This document shows positions 32,412 to 40,977 of a stretch of DNA of 44,122 nt, one piece after another. This DNA comes from an uncultured Candidatus Saccharibacteria bacterium. GTDB lineage: Bacteria > Patescibacteriota > Doudnabacteria > UBA920. The translations under genes were made by a program, and so were the position numbers. The notes beneath the pieces are model-generated. The model saw only the letters and a list, made by a program, of their open reading frames with translations. It was not told the DNA's origin and ran no database searches. Position 1 is the first letter of the stretch; every line of letters starts with the position of its first letter. The stretch covers positions 11,368 through 55,489 of the forward strand of contig CAZPRQ010000001.1 in NCBI GenBank assembly GCA_964589415.1, written 5' to 3'.

Positions 32412-34628
32412 CTATGGGTTCCAATTCCCTGTTCTGTCCCCATCCAACTTAATGAGGGCGCCCTTACCACCACCCCTTGTTAGCAGGAAAATGGCCAGGC
32501 CTGCGCCAACAGCAGCCAAAATCCACAACCACTTCTTACTTCCTTTCTTTTTGATTGTGAACTGGCGATCGCAGCGGACTTGGCAGGTTTTGCCGTTAGA
32601 GAGTCTGGACTCGCCAACCAAGGTAATGCTATATGTCCCTGGTTCAAAATCCAGCGTGTTAATGGTAAGCCGATCATCCGTAAGGTCAGCACGGGAGTAT
32701 CGCTTACCCCCAAGGGTGACGGTATAGTCCACCCACTCCGCCCGAAGGTTATCGAGCGCGAAAGTGAATGTAGCCGTCTCGTTAATCTTGAGACTCTTGG
32801 GCCCCTGCACATTGCAATTGGGACACACTTCAGGAATCTCAAAAGTGTTTGCCTGACCGTCGCCGGGGCAGGTAAACAACACGTTCCCATGCTTGTCTAC
32901 GCCCTGAACGGTAATAGCGTACCGAACTCCGGGGATAATCTCCTTGCCAGGTCGGAAAGTGAACGGGGAATGTAAACTCTCCCCCACCTTACGACCGTCA
33001 ATGAAGTAAACGAGCTTTGAAAGCCGACCGGCTTCGTCTAGGTAGTTGGTCACTACTTCAACTTGGCCGTTCTCCAGCACACTAACCCGCACACTATCAC
33101 ACGCAAGCGCTGGCGGAATGATCGGTGGCGGCGGTGGGGGTAGACGCTTCACTAGCGGCACACTGCACTTCACAGTGTAAGTGGTCGGGCTTCCTTTTGC
33201 CCTAACAGTCCCAGTGTAAACCAAGTCTGTCTGGGTTTCGGAAACTTGCGACCCCCGAAGGGTAAGTTCGAAGTTGTTACCGACAACACTGCCCCCAAAC
33301 ATCCACTCAGATTTTAAAACTTCAACATCCTGGTCCATGATGGGTTTATATTGCCCAATCTGTTCTTCAGACGTAAAGTCTTTTACCGAAGCTTGGATTG
33401 TTTGGCAGACAGCACTGACAGCCTCAGTACGAAATACCGTACCTTTAGTCTGTACCACATTGGCATTCCCGCCACACTCGAGACCGTTCTCCACCAAAAG
33501 CGGGATTTCGAGTAGCATGAGGCGCAAGACCTCAAACCGCTCTTGTCCCGACTTCAAGTTAAGACGATAACCCGCACGGGTAACACCACCGCGGCCGCTG
33601 CCTTGTTTCCAAATTAGGCTCGGCTTGTCGACCTTGGCGAGATTGAGCACAAATGGCCAGTTGTACTTCATGGCCAAGACAAGTCGCCGCTTCCACGCAT
33701 TTTTGATTTCCATTTCCTGGGAAGCATGCTCCCCAAGGATTTGGATTTCATCAATGTGTGTCAGCACCCGCTGAAAGTCCTTCCGCATTTCGCTTATGTC
33801 TGCGAAACGGTTACCAGCCGGCAAAGTCGCCCACTCAGTAAAAGGTTTAAAATCTTTAAAGAATGGGTTTGCGAGGTCAGTTTCGGGTTGGAGATCTTCT
33901 GGATAAGCGTATTTGGGATCCGCCTTTATCGCGTACGCCTTTGGGTACATGCCCGTTATGAGATGCACCAGATCTTCCGGCGACGTGACTTCCTTTTCTC
34001 GCCGTTCGAACTCTGCCATCTGCTCAGGGCTCAAATCTTTTTCCATCGAATCCCAAACCGTTAGCAAGCGTGGGGCGTCGAACACTTCATCACGACGGTC
34101 ATTCCGAACACTTCCTTGTCCCGGAACTTCGGGCGTCGATCGCACCGAGGTATCCGTAGGTTGAGAGGCGGAAGAATTACGCAGTCGCTGAATTGCTTCG
34201 TCGGCACGCAACCGCGCCTCGCGGGCTTCGCGTTCCAGACGTTGAATTTCCGTCTCAGAGTTCTGGTTTTGGGCCAGAACCACTGTTTCGGAAAGTGGCG
34301 TCGCCGTTGGAATACGAGAAAGCCTTAACCGGCTAGGTGTTGTGTAGAGGTCAGAGTTAACTTCGTTGTAAGCCAGGAGCACTGGCTCCTCAAGTTCCAA
34401 TGTCACCGGTAAATCCACATGAATATAGGGTAAGTGGAATTTTTCAGTAACCGTAAGAACCGTAGGCTTGTTGGCCACCACCATCAACGGAAACATCACT
34501 CCGATGGTGGGTATAGAGCTGGAAGTCGGTGGGATGAGTTGCACCGGCAACGCGGCGTTGGCCGTCGCTGTGGTGAGTAAAGCGAAAACGCAAATGAGGG
34601 CCACTAGGGCCCGGTTCGGGGTCGTCAT
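32412..34628 (-). CDS. Hypothetical surface protein, 738 aa, with signal peptide and C-terminal TM anchor; GC-rich
   Basis: AAGGAGAA SD 5 nt before the ATG. Signal peptide ALVALICVFALLTTATANA. Contains a coiled-coil segment, a PPPPPPIIPP linker, Ig-like C-terminal modules and the TM helix WLWILAAVGAGLAIFLL. No domain I can name. Confidence 0.8.
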   Translation of the reverse strand: MTTPNRALVALICVFALLTTATANAALPVQLIPPTSSSIPTIGVMFPLMVVANKPTVLTVTEKFHLPYIHVDLPVTLELEEPVLLAYNEVNSDLYTTPSRLRLSRIPTATPLSETVVLAQNQNSETEIQRLEREAREARLRADEAIQRLRNSSASQPTDTSVRSTPEVPGQGSVRNDRRDEVFDAPRLLTVWDSMEKDLSPEQMAEFERREKEVTSPEDLVHLITGMYPKAYAIKADPKYAYPEDLQPETDLANPFFKDFKPFTEWATLPAGNRFADISEMRKDFQRVLTHIDEIQILGEHASQEMEIKNAWKRRLVLAMKYNWPFVLNLAKVDKPSLIWKQGSGRGGVTRAGYRLNLKSGQERFEVLRLMLLEIPLLVENGLECGGNANVVQTKGTVFRTEAVSAVCQTIQASVKDFTSEEQIGQYKPIMDQDVEVLKSEWMFGGSVVGNNFELTLRGSQVSETQTDLVYTGTVRAKGSPTTYTVKCSVPLVKRLPPPPPPIIPPALACDSVRVSVLENGQVEVVTNYLDEAGRLSKLVYFIDGRKVGESLHSPFTFRPGKEIIPGVRYAITVQGVDKHGNVLFTCPGDGQANTFEIPEVCPNCNVQGPKSLKINETATFTFALDNLRAEWVDYTVTLGGKRYSRADLTDDRLTINTLDFEPGTYSITLVGESRLSNGKTCQVRCDRQFTIKKKGSKKWLWILAAVGAGLAIFLLTRGGGKGALIKLDGDRTGNWNP

Positions 34629-34686
34629 GATATTTCTCCTTCGAAATTTTTTCGGCCTGTTCGGCCGGCATTACTGCTGGCCGTTA

Positions 34687-34742
34687 AGCCGAACAGAAGG
34701 GAATCTCTAATAAAAATATTAGTAACTTCCTTCTGCTCGGCT
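34687..34742 (-). promoter_or_regulatory. Long hairpin in the 5' leader of gene 34628..32412
   Basis: AGCCGAACAGAAGG (34687-34700) pairs with CCTTCTGCTCGGCT (34729-34742) at 13/14, and the mismatch is G-U in the mRNA. Inner stem is CTAATA/TATTAG. Confidence 0.5.
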
Positions 34743-34789
34743 GGACCTAAAAAATTTTCAAAGACATCCTGTCCCCTTTTCCATATTTT

Positions 34790-34893
34790 TCCGCGACTTT
34801 TCCGCGCCTTCCCTTTCCGCGAGTAATCCGCGTAGTAATCATCTGCGTGTAATCCGCGTTTTTTACTTCCGCGTTAAATCCGCGCTTTTAAAA
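34790..34893. repeat. Four tandem 26-bp units, each holding two TCCGCG words 11 bp apart
   Basis: TCCGCG starts at 34790, 34801, 34816, 34827, 34853, 34868 and 34879, with a degenerate TCTGCG at 34842. Spacing alternates strictly 11/15 bp. Confidence 0.85.
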
Positions 34894-35044
34894 CCGAAAA
34901 CTTTTTCCTCCCTATAAATTGTTAAGGTTATGCCTAAAGCGTTTCCTCAGGCATATTTTTACCCGCTAACAAATGCAAAAACCGCATTCACAAACGGACA
35001 ATCAATGCTTAAGGTTATAATTTTATTTTAGTTTTAGAGAGTTT

Positions 35045-35081
35045 AGAGAGGGTCATCTTCTCAGAGAAGATGACCCTCTCT
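35045..35081. repeat. 37-nt near-perfect palindrome downstream of the sortase gene
   Basis: AGAGAGGGTCATCTTCTC-A-GAGAAGATGACCCTCTCT, 18-nt arms. No T-run on either strand. Confidence 0.85.
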
Positions 35082-35133
35082 GCCTTAACTACCTGGGTTA
35101 ATTCTCCCTTCGACAGGCTTGAGGACGAGCTAT

Positions 35134-36561
35134 CTATTTTACAACTTGAGTAAGCTCGCCAAACACGACTAAGCGCTTTTGGGTGGTGCCAACCGGCCAG
35201 CAAGTAGAAAGAGCGACAGTAGAAACTCCCGAATTCATAAACTGCGCCTGGTCGTCGGGCTTGTATTCTTTTCGGCTTTTAACCACATAATGCAGCACGG
35301 CATCTTTGCCGTTTTTTTGCACTACGGTAACTTTAAAGGAAGTATAGTCGGCCAAATTGCCGAGCTTTGCAAACACGCTGTTGTAATTGCCTTTGGCCCA
35401 CACGTAATTGCTGGAGTGTCCGGAAATATATGAAGTCCCAATTTGTCCGGGAAGCGCCGTGCCGGGATAATGTATTACACCGCTTTGCAAATCTTTTTCA
35501 AAGTTGTCCGGATTGCTGCTCCATATAATGGGCACGTTTATTTTTAGCGACGGAATTTCCAATCGGCCGGGTATTTTCTCGTCAATGTCAAGCAGGGCGC
35601 CGTCTAAATTCGCGCCTCCAATGGGCGCCGGCCCTGTTACTACCGGCTGCCTATAAACAGTCGGATTTTCCATAGCTGTCTCCGGGCTGGAAGTCTGGGC
35701 AGGCGCGAAACTATTATTATAAACCGGGACGCTTTCGGAAGACTCGGCGTAAGTGTTAGCCCTCAAACCTTCAAGCGAAGGTTCAATAGTCGTTGACTCT
35801 CCCGCCACCCGGCCGTTTTCCTGCATTTGCTGGAGGGTAAAACGGTTCATAATAACTTCCATATCAAAATATTTTTCTACAATCTGCTCTTGCTGTTTTG
35901 TAAGCTTGCCGCCAGTGAGCGGATTGATGCCCTGAGAAATGGCCTGGCTGTCAGCAATGCCGAGACCCAATGTATCGTAGGATTTAGGATTCAAATTTAG
36001 TAAAAATTTCTGAAAATTGGACAAACCGTTGCCGGAATTATCCCTGTCGGCCGCCAAAACCGACTCGTCGGATACATCGTAATAGTAAGAACGGATCCAA
36101 GTTTCATAGGCTGCCATATTGCCTTTCATGATGCCTTCAAGCTCAGTCTGTTTAACTGTCGCGGCCTTGGGGGTGGACTTAAATATTTTGCCAAAATCCA
36201 ACGTTTGAAAAAAGAAAAAATACAGCGTTAAACCAATAACAAATACCAAAAGGTATGGCACTGCGGTGCGTATAAACCCGCCCGTACCGCCGCCCTTGGC
36301 AGCCTCAATATCGCGGCTAATTACTTCCTCGCGGGAATGACTGTCATTGCTTACCGCGGACGAGACAATTTCATGCGCATTACCCACCAATTCCTCACCC
36401 ACAGGTAAATTGGCTGGTCCAGGTGCGGTAATGGGGCTATTGGCATTTTCTTCATGCAAAAGCACGCTTCCATCATTTTCGGCTATTGGGCCGTTTAAAT
36501 TGAGCATGGAAGCTATTTCGCTAGTCGCAGCGGGAAAGCTTTTTTCCTTGGAATTAGACAT
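35134..36561 (-). CDS. Sortase-domain transpeptidase with a ~320-aa N-terminal extension (disordered region, TM helix, unknown middle domain)
   Basis: The C-terminal ~150 aa carry ISGHSSNY (His), VALSTCWP (TLxTC-like Cys) and KRLVVFGEL (Arg). TM helix is LLVFVIGLTLYFFFF. Confidence 0.85.
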   Translation of the reverse strand: MSNSKEKSFPAATSEIASMLNLNGPIAENDGSVLLHEENANSPITAPGPANLPVGEELVGNAHEIVSSAVSNDSHSREEVISRDIEAAKGGGTGGFIRTAVPYLLVFVIGLTLYFFFFQTLDFGKIFKSTPKAATVKQTELEGIMKGNMAAYETWIRSYYYDVSDESVLAADRDNSGNGLSNFQKFLLNLNPKSYDTLGLGIADSQAISQGINPLTGGKLTKQQEQIVEKYFDMEVIMNRFTLQQMQENGRVAGESTTIEPSLEGLRANTYAESSESVPVYNNSFAPAQTSSPETAMENPTVYRQPVVTGPAPIGGANLDGALLDIDEKIPGRLEIPSLKINVPIIWSSNPDNFEKDLQSGVIHYPGTALPGQIGTSYISGHSSNYVWAKGNYNSVFAKLGNLADYTSFKVTVVQKNGKDAVLHYVVKSRKEYKPDDQAQFMNSGVSTVALSTCWPVGTTQKRLVVFGELTQVVK

Positions 36562-36606
36562 AGTTACCAGTTTTTAGCAGATTAAACTGTTTAATTACAA
36601 CTATAT

Positions 36607-36635
36607 ATATTGACATAATTTTGACATTTTGTCAA
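36607..36635 (-). promoter_or_regulatory. Candidate sigma70 promoter for the sortase gene, overlapping an operator-like palindrome
   Basis: On the minus strand: TTGACA (36635-36630), 17 nt, CAATAT (36612-36607). The palindrome TTGACATTTTGTCAA lies at 36621-36635. Confidence 0.45.
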
Positions 36636-36705
36636 GATTTTATCTTTGGCTGAAATAAGGGGGATTTTTAGAGAAACTAGCCAAAAAGTGGGTAATGCGC
36701 CTTTA

Positions 36706-36733
36706 TTAGCCAGCACTGGGAATATGCTACAAT
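36706..36733 (+). promoter_or_regulatory. Candidate promoter with extended -10 for gene 36748..38157
   Basis: TTAGCC (36706-36711), 16 nt, TGC-TACAAT (36725-36733). This implies a very short leader. Confidence 0.5.
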
Positions 36734-36747
36734 ATAAGTAATCTTCA

Positions 36748-38157
36748 TTGATCATGAATAAAATATTTAACTTTTTCTTTCCAACCGACGAAAACAAACT
36801 AAAACCAGGCATTTTGCAATCCAAACTAATTTTTGCATTGCTAATAATATTTATATTTTTCCAGCTTTTGGCAATTTGGGTTGAAGCCAATACGCCCATA
36901 AACGCCTCGGATATAACCATTCAAAATGTTTTATCGGCCATAAACAACGAACGCGGCTTGCGTAATTTACCCACGCTTCAAACCGATGAAAGACTTTCTT
37001 CCGCGGCAGGAGCCAAATCGGACGACATGATAGCTCGCAAGTACTTTAGCCACACCGATCCTGAAGGCAATTATATTTGGCCAAAAATTGTTGCTGCCGG
37101 CTATAACCCGTACAAAACACTTGGAGAAAATTTGGCCATAGAATTTACCAATACCGAGAGTATGGTGCAAGCGTGGATGAACAGTCCCACACACCGCGCT
37201 AACATAGTAAACGAAAATTTTCTCGACCAGGGCATGGGCGTAGCCTTTGGCAATGTCAGCCAAGGACAATATTTTTCCGCCGTAACAAATACGTTTGGTG
37301 CCATACAAATTAAAAAACCGGCCCCTGTACAAGTTGCCCAACAGGCACCGAAACCGGCAAGCCAGCCGGCACCCGAACCAGTTAAAGAAACGCCGGTTTT
37401 GGCCGCAAAACCATTACCGGAAAAACCCAAGTCCCAGACAATCACTGAAATCCCGCCAAAAGCTGAACCTGAAAAACAACAAACACAGCCAAAAACAGAA
37501 ATTACCAAATCCGCTCCCCCAACCATCCAGAACGCCACATCTGCCGCCTTGACCATTATTTCGCCCACCTTGCAAATTCAGGGAGAAATGGCAGGAGAAA
37601 GTATTCATGTTACCCTTAGTATTTTTATAACAGGCAATCCCTCCCTTGTAACCGCGCATGTTGGCGGTGGCAAATGGGAGCTTGCTGCCACTCTGGAGGC
37701 TTTGGAAGCAAGGGCTTATTCAGGGGAATTAACCATACCCTACGCGCCCGGCATAAATGAACAATCTATTAAAATTCTGGCGCAAGACAGCAAGGGCGGC
37801 GAGGCTGCTTATGAATTCCCGCTTAGAAAAATTTCTTTCGGCCGTTCTGAGTATACCACTCAGCAAATTCTTGATGCCTGGGCCAAACAGCAGGAATTGG
37901 CAACAAGCACTCCAGATCAACTAACTTTTTCCGGCGGCTCTGGGCTGCGACCAAACTTTAAATCCGACTCTTTGCAATTATTTTTTAAATACAACCGCTA
38001 CATAAGTTTGGGGTTTGGCATACTATTTTTACTGCTTATGCTTACGGATATTAACCTGGTTGTGGAAAAAAAGCTGCAGCGTTTTGACAAACGAGCCGGC
38101 AACATGTTCGTACTTTTACTTTCTCTAATTATTATCGCGTTAATGTATTGGTTGTAA
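36748..38157 (+). CDS. Membrane-anchored CAP/SCP (PR-1, YkwD-like) domain protein with a Pro/Lys-rich linker and C-terminal TM region
   Basis: NNERGLRNLPTLQTDERLSSAAGAKSDDMIARKYFSHTDPEG...GENLA...WMNSPTHRANIVN are CAP-domain motifs. The real start is probably ATG 36754, as the track starts at TTG 36748. Confidence 0.85.
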   Translation: MIMNKIFNFFFPTDENKLKPGILQSKLIFALLIIFIFFQLLAIWVEANTPINASDITIQNVLSAINNERGLRNLPTLQTDERLSSAAGAKSDDMIARKYFSHTDPEGNYIWPKIVAAGYNPYKTLGENLAIEFTNTESMVQAWMNSPTHRANIVNENFLDQGMGVAFGNVSQGQYFSAVTNTFGAIQIKKPAPVQVAQQAPKPASQPAPEPVKETPVLAAKPLPEKPKSQTITEIPPKAEPEKQQTQPKTEITKSAPPTIQNATSAALTIISPTLQIQGEMAGESIHVTLSIFITGNPSLVTAHVGGGKWELAATLEALEARAYSGELTIPYAPGINEQSIKILAQDSKGGEAAYEFPLRKISFGRSEYTTQQILDAWAKQQELATSTPDQLTFSGGSGLRPNFKSDSLQLFFKYNRYISLGFGILFLLLMLTDINLVVEKKLQRFDKRAGNMFVLLLSLIIIALMYWL

Positions 38158-38281
38158 ATGGTTTATCTTATTCACGAACAAGCATATTTACACAAATTAT
38201 ACAGATTGGAATTGTTAATTTTTGCGCATTTGTAAAATTAGTGACTATTAGCGTATTAGTGGGCAAAGCAAACTCTACCAT

Positions 38282-39223
38282 ATGAATATAAAAAATCCAA
38301 AACTAATTTCCGCGGCGCTTATTTCAATAGTTGTTGTCGGAGGTTTGCAGGCGCTTATTTACATATTAAATTTAAACCAGCTTCGCATTTATTTGCATGT
38401 GGCATTTTGGATTTATATATATCTAATTTTAAAAATTACCTTGCTATACGATTTGCATTACAAAAATCCGGAAGCCTGGGAACAATTGGAGGCAAAATAT
38501 CCGGGAGCTAAACTAATGCAAAAAATTAAGGCTTTAGGCAAAGCATTTTGGGAAAGACTCGCCCACTTACGGCGCTGGAGCGAACTAAAACAATGGCTCA
38601 ATTACCTAATTTTACCCGGATTTCTATACTGGCCTTCGGTCTGCTTGTTTTATTTGCATATGGGTGACTTAAAAACTCAGCAGCTCATAGCCACACTCTC
38701 TGGTTTCGCCCTTATTTTTACTTATTGGCATTTAAAAGAAATATTTACCCGTAAAGACGAACAAATAAAAACAGGGGCCATTACCGCCCTCTCACTCATA
38801 AAACTCTACGCCGCGTTTTTGGTTTTCACCTCGGCCATTGGAATAACCAGGCATTTTTGCCTGGGTCTTGAGCATTATGCCCTGGGAATTTTTAGCTTAA
38901 GCTACCTTCTCATTCATCAGGCATTATTCCAATTCCGGTTATTGAGCCTTAAAGCTGTCGGGCTTACACTGTTATTTTCAGCCATAATTACGCTGTTTGC
39001 CCTTATTGTTTACATTCACTGGGGACTAAACTATTTTACAGCCGGGGCTTTTCTCATGGTTTGGTACAATTTTTTCTGGAACCTGCTCCACCATTACGCG
39101 GAAAAGCACCTGACATGGTCGGGACTTATGGAACTTCTGGCCGTAACTATAATTGCGAGCGTAATGCTATTGGGTGCTACAAATTTCCGCTCTCGCATTT
39201 CCGACACCTGCGGGATTTCATAG
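38282..39223 (+). CDS. Hypothetical polytopic membrane protein, 313 aa
   Basis: ATG start with 8-9 hydrophobic helices. No recognisable motif. Confidence 0.7.
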   Translation: MNIKNPKLISAALISIVVVGGLQALIYILNLNQLRIYLHVAFWIYIYLILKITLLYDLHYKNPEAWEQLEAKYPGAKLMQKIKALGKAFWERLAHLRRWSELKQWLNYLILPGFLYWPSVCLFYLHMGDLKTQQLIATLSGFALIFTYWHLKEIFTRKDEQIKTGAITALSLIKLYAAFLVFTSAIGITRHFCLGLEHYALGIFSLSYLLIHQALFQFRLLSLKAVGLTLLFSAIITLFALIVYIHWGLNYFTAGAFLMVWYNFFWNLLHHYAEKHLTWSGLMELLAVTIIASVMLLGATNFRSRISDTCGIS

Positions 39224-39267
39224 GCAGTATATGTCGTATAACTCTTATGTGGCCTATTTGTCCTATT

Positions 39268-40011
39268 TCATTTTACCGATTTTTTTCTAGCTAATTCAGA
39301 AGCACTATAAAGCGACTCAAATGTACCCGCGTCTATCCACTCGCCTTTGACTATGTCAACGGCGAGTTCGTTTTTTGACAAATACCAATTGTGGATATCG
39401 GTAATTTCCAACTCCCCCCTGGCGGAAGGTTTTACGGATTTTGCGGCCTCTGTTACTCGCTGGTCATACACGTATAATCCGGTTATGGCGTAGTTGGAAA
39501 TAAATTCTTTTGGTTTTTCTACTATTTTTACGGCGCGCATTTGTTCGTCAAATTGAACCACTCCAAAACGTTCCGGATCCGGCACCTGCTTGGCAAACAC
39601 CTGTCCGCCGCTTTTAAAATTCTTTATTGAAGCAATTAGAGAACTATTGCCGCTGTCGGAAGAGTTTCCCTCGTCCAAAAAAATATTGTCCCCAAGTATC
39701 ATGCAGACATTATCACCGTCAATAAACTCCTCGCCAATTAAGAAAGCCTGAGCCAACCCTTCGGGTTTGTCTTGTATTTCATATGCAAAACGGGCGCCGT
39801 ATTCACGCCCGGATCCCAACAATTTCAAATAATCTCCGGCGTGGTCCGGGGCAATAATTATTAATATGTCCTTTATCCCCGCTTTAAGCAATATATCCAA
39901 AGGATAAAAAATCATTGGCTTGTTATAAACGGGAAGCAGCTGCTTGCTTGTAACACGCGTTAGAGGTAACAGCCGAGTACCGGAACCTCCGGATAAAATA
40001 ATTCCTTTCAT
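39268..40011 (-). CDS. rfbA: Glucose-1-phosphate thymidylyltransferase (short form)
   Basis: MKGIILSGGSGTRLLPLTRVTSKQLLPVYNKPMIFYPLDILLKAGIKDILII and DPERFGVVQFD are RmlA hallmarks. Confidence 0.92.
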   Translation of the reverse strand: MKGIILSGGSGTRLLPLTRVTSKQLLPVYNKPMIFYPLDILLKAGIKDILIIIAPDHAGDYLKLLGSGREYGARFAYEIQDKPEGLAQAFLIGEEFIDGDNVCMILGDNIFLDEGNSSDSGNSSLIASIKNFKSGGQVFAKQVPDPERFGVVQFDEQMRAVKIVEKPKEFISNYAITGLYVYDQRVTEAAKSVKPSARGELEITDIHNWYLSKNELAVDIVKGEWIDAGTFESLYSASELARKKSVK

Positions 40012-40035
40012 AAATATTTAAACTGGACAATACAA

Positions 40036-40881
40036 TTAAGGTTTAACGTTAAGCAAAAACTCTCTCAATGCGTCCTGCCATTTTGGCATGGCATATAGTT
40101 TGGTGTTTAAAAGCACTGCTTTTTTTGGCCTCAGTGCTTTCCGTGTAAAAGCACTCGCGGATACCGGCACCAATTTTACTTCGCGCTTAAGAAAACCGAA
40201 CAATTCACTGGCCAACTCAAACCAGCTGGCAAAACCGCTGTTGGTTATGTGATATATACCATATGGTTTATGCTCCGTGAGTAAATATTTGACTGCTTCT
40301 GCCAAATGCACCACATAAGTCAGGCTATTTATTTCGTCAGTAACCACCTTAATCTCATTCATACTGGCGGAAAGCTCCAGCATGACGTCTAGAAAACTCT
40401 TTTTGGAAAGCGCACTTTCACCTTTTGGACCAAACAATACAGCGGTACGCACAATATAATACTTTTCGCATTTTTCAGCAATTAACTGTTCCCCGCCAAA
40501 TTTAGTACGGCCGTACTCAGAGAGCGGCGACGGCAGGGCGGATTCGTCATACTCCCCTTTTTCACCGTTAAAAACATAATTGCTGGAAAAATGCAAGAAA
40601 GGCACGTCTATTTCCTTGCACAAAGCTGCCAACTTACCCGGGAATTCCGCGTTTAGCAAAAACGCCGTTTGGCGATTGTCTTCCGCGCCGTCCACGTCGT
40701 TGTAAGCGACGCAATTTATTATGGCTTGCGGAGTTTCCGGAAGCTTTAAAATTTTTTCCTGCAGCGCGTTAAAATTGGTTACGTCAACATCTTCGCGGTC
40801 CCACGCGAGCACACTGGGAAATGTTTTTTTTAGCTGCCCGCCAAGCATGCCCTTGGCTCCTAAAATTAAAATTGGATTCAT
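40036..40881 (-). CDS. rfbD: dTDP-4-dehydrorhamnose reductase
   Basis: ILILGAKGMLG Rossmann motif, then INCVAYNDVDGAE and SSNYVFNG...Y.E...P.P...YGRTK (YxxxK), in RmlD context. Confidence 0.88.
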   Translation of the reverse strand: MNPILILGAKGMLGGQLKKTFPSVLAWDREDVDVTNFNALQEKILKLPETPQAIINCVAYNDVDGAEDNRQTAFLLNAEFPGKLAALCKEIDVPFLHFSSNYVFNGEKGEYDESALPSPLSEYGRTKFGGEQLIAEKCEKYYIVRTAVLFGPKGESALSKKSFLDVMLELSASMNEIKVVTDEINSLTYVVHLAEAVKYLLTEHKPYGIYHITNSGFASWFELASELFGFLKREVKLVPVSASAFTRKALRPKKAVLLNTKLYAMPKWQDALREFLLNVKP

Positions 40882-40977
40882 TTTTCTCCTCCCCGCTTAG
40901 GCGCCCATATGCACATAGCGGTATTTGTTAAAATTTTGTTTTTTCTTTAAATTTTGCCCGCAATTCTTTCTCTGCTT

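Noticed and set aside
32452-34710. Multiple 70-136-aa ORFs on both strands within 32412..34628
   Set aside because: GC-rich DNA generates long alternative-frame ORFs. The 738-aa frame has the SD, signal peptide, TM anchor and terminator.
34790-34893. Possible CRISPR array
   Set aside because: The repeated word is only 6 nt in a 26-bp unit. There are no ~30-nt unique spacers and no cas genes in the window. It is a short tandem or phased repeat, not CRISPR.
35015-35203. 62-aa minus-strand ORF
   Set aside because: It overlaps the sortase 3' end and runs through the 37-nt palindrome. It has no RBS and is likely spurious.
36591-37659. Minus-strand ORFs (109, 124, 155 and 81 aa) opposite the CAP-domain gene
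   Set aside because: They are antisense to a gene with clear CAP/SCP motifs, and the 109-aa ORF spans the divergent promoter region.
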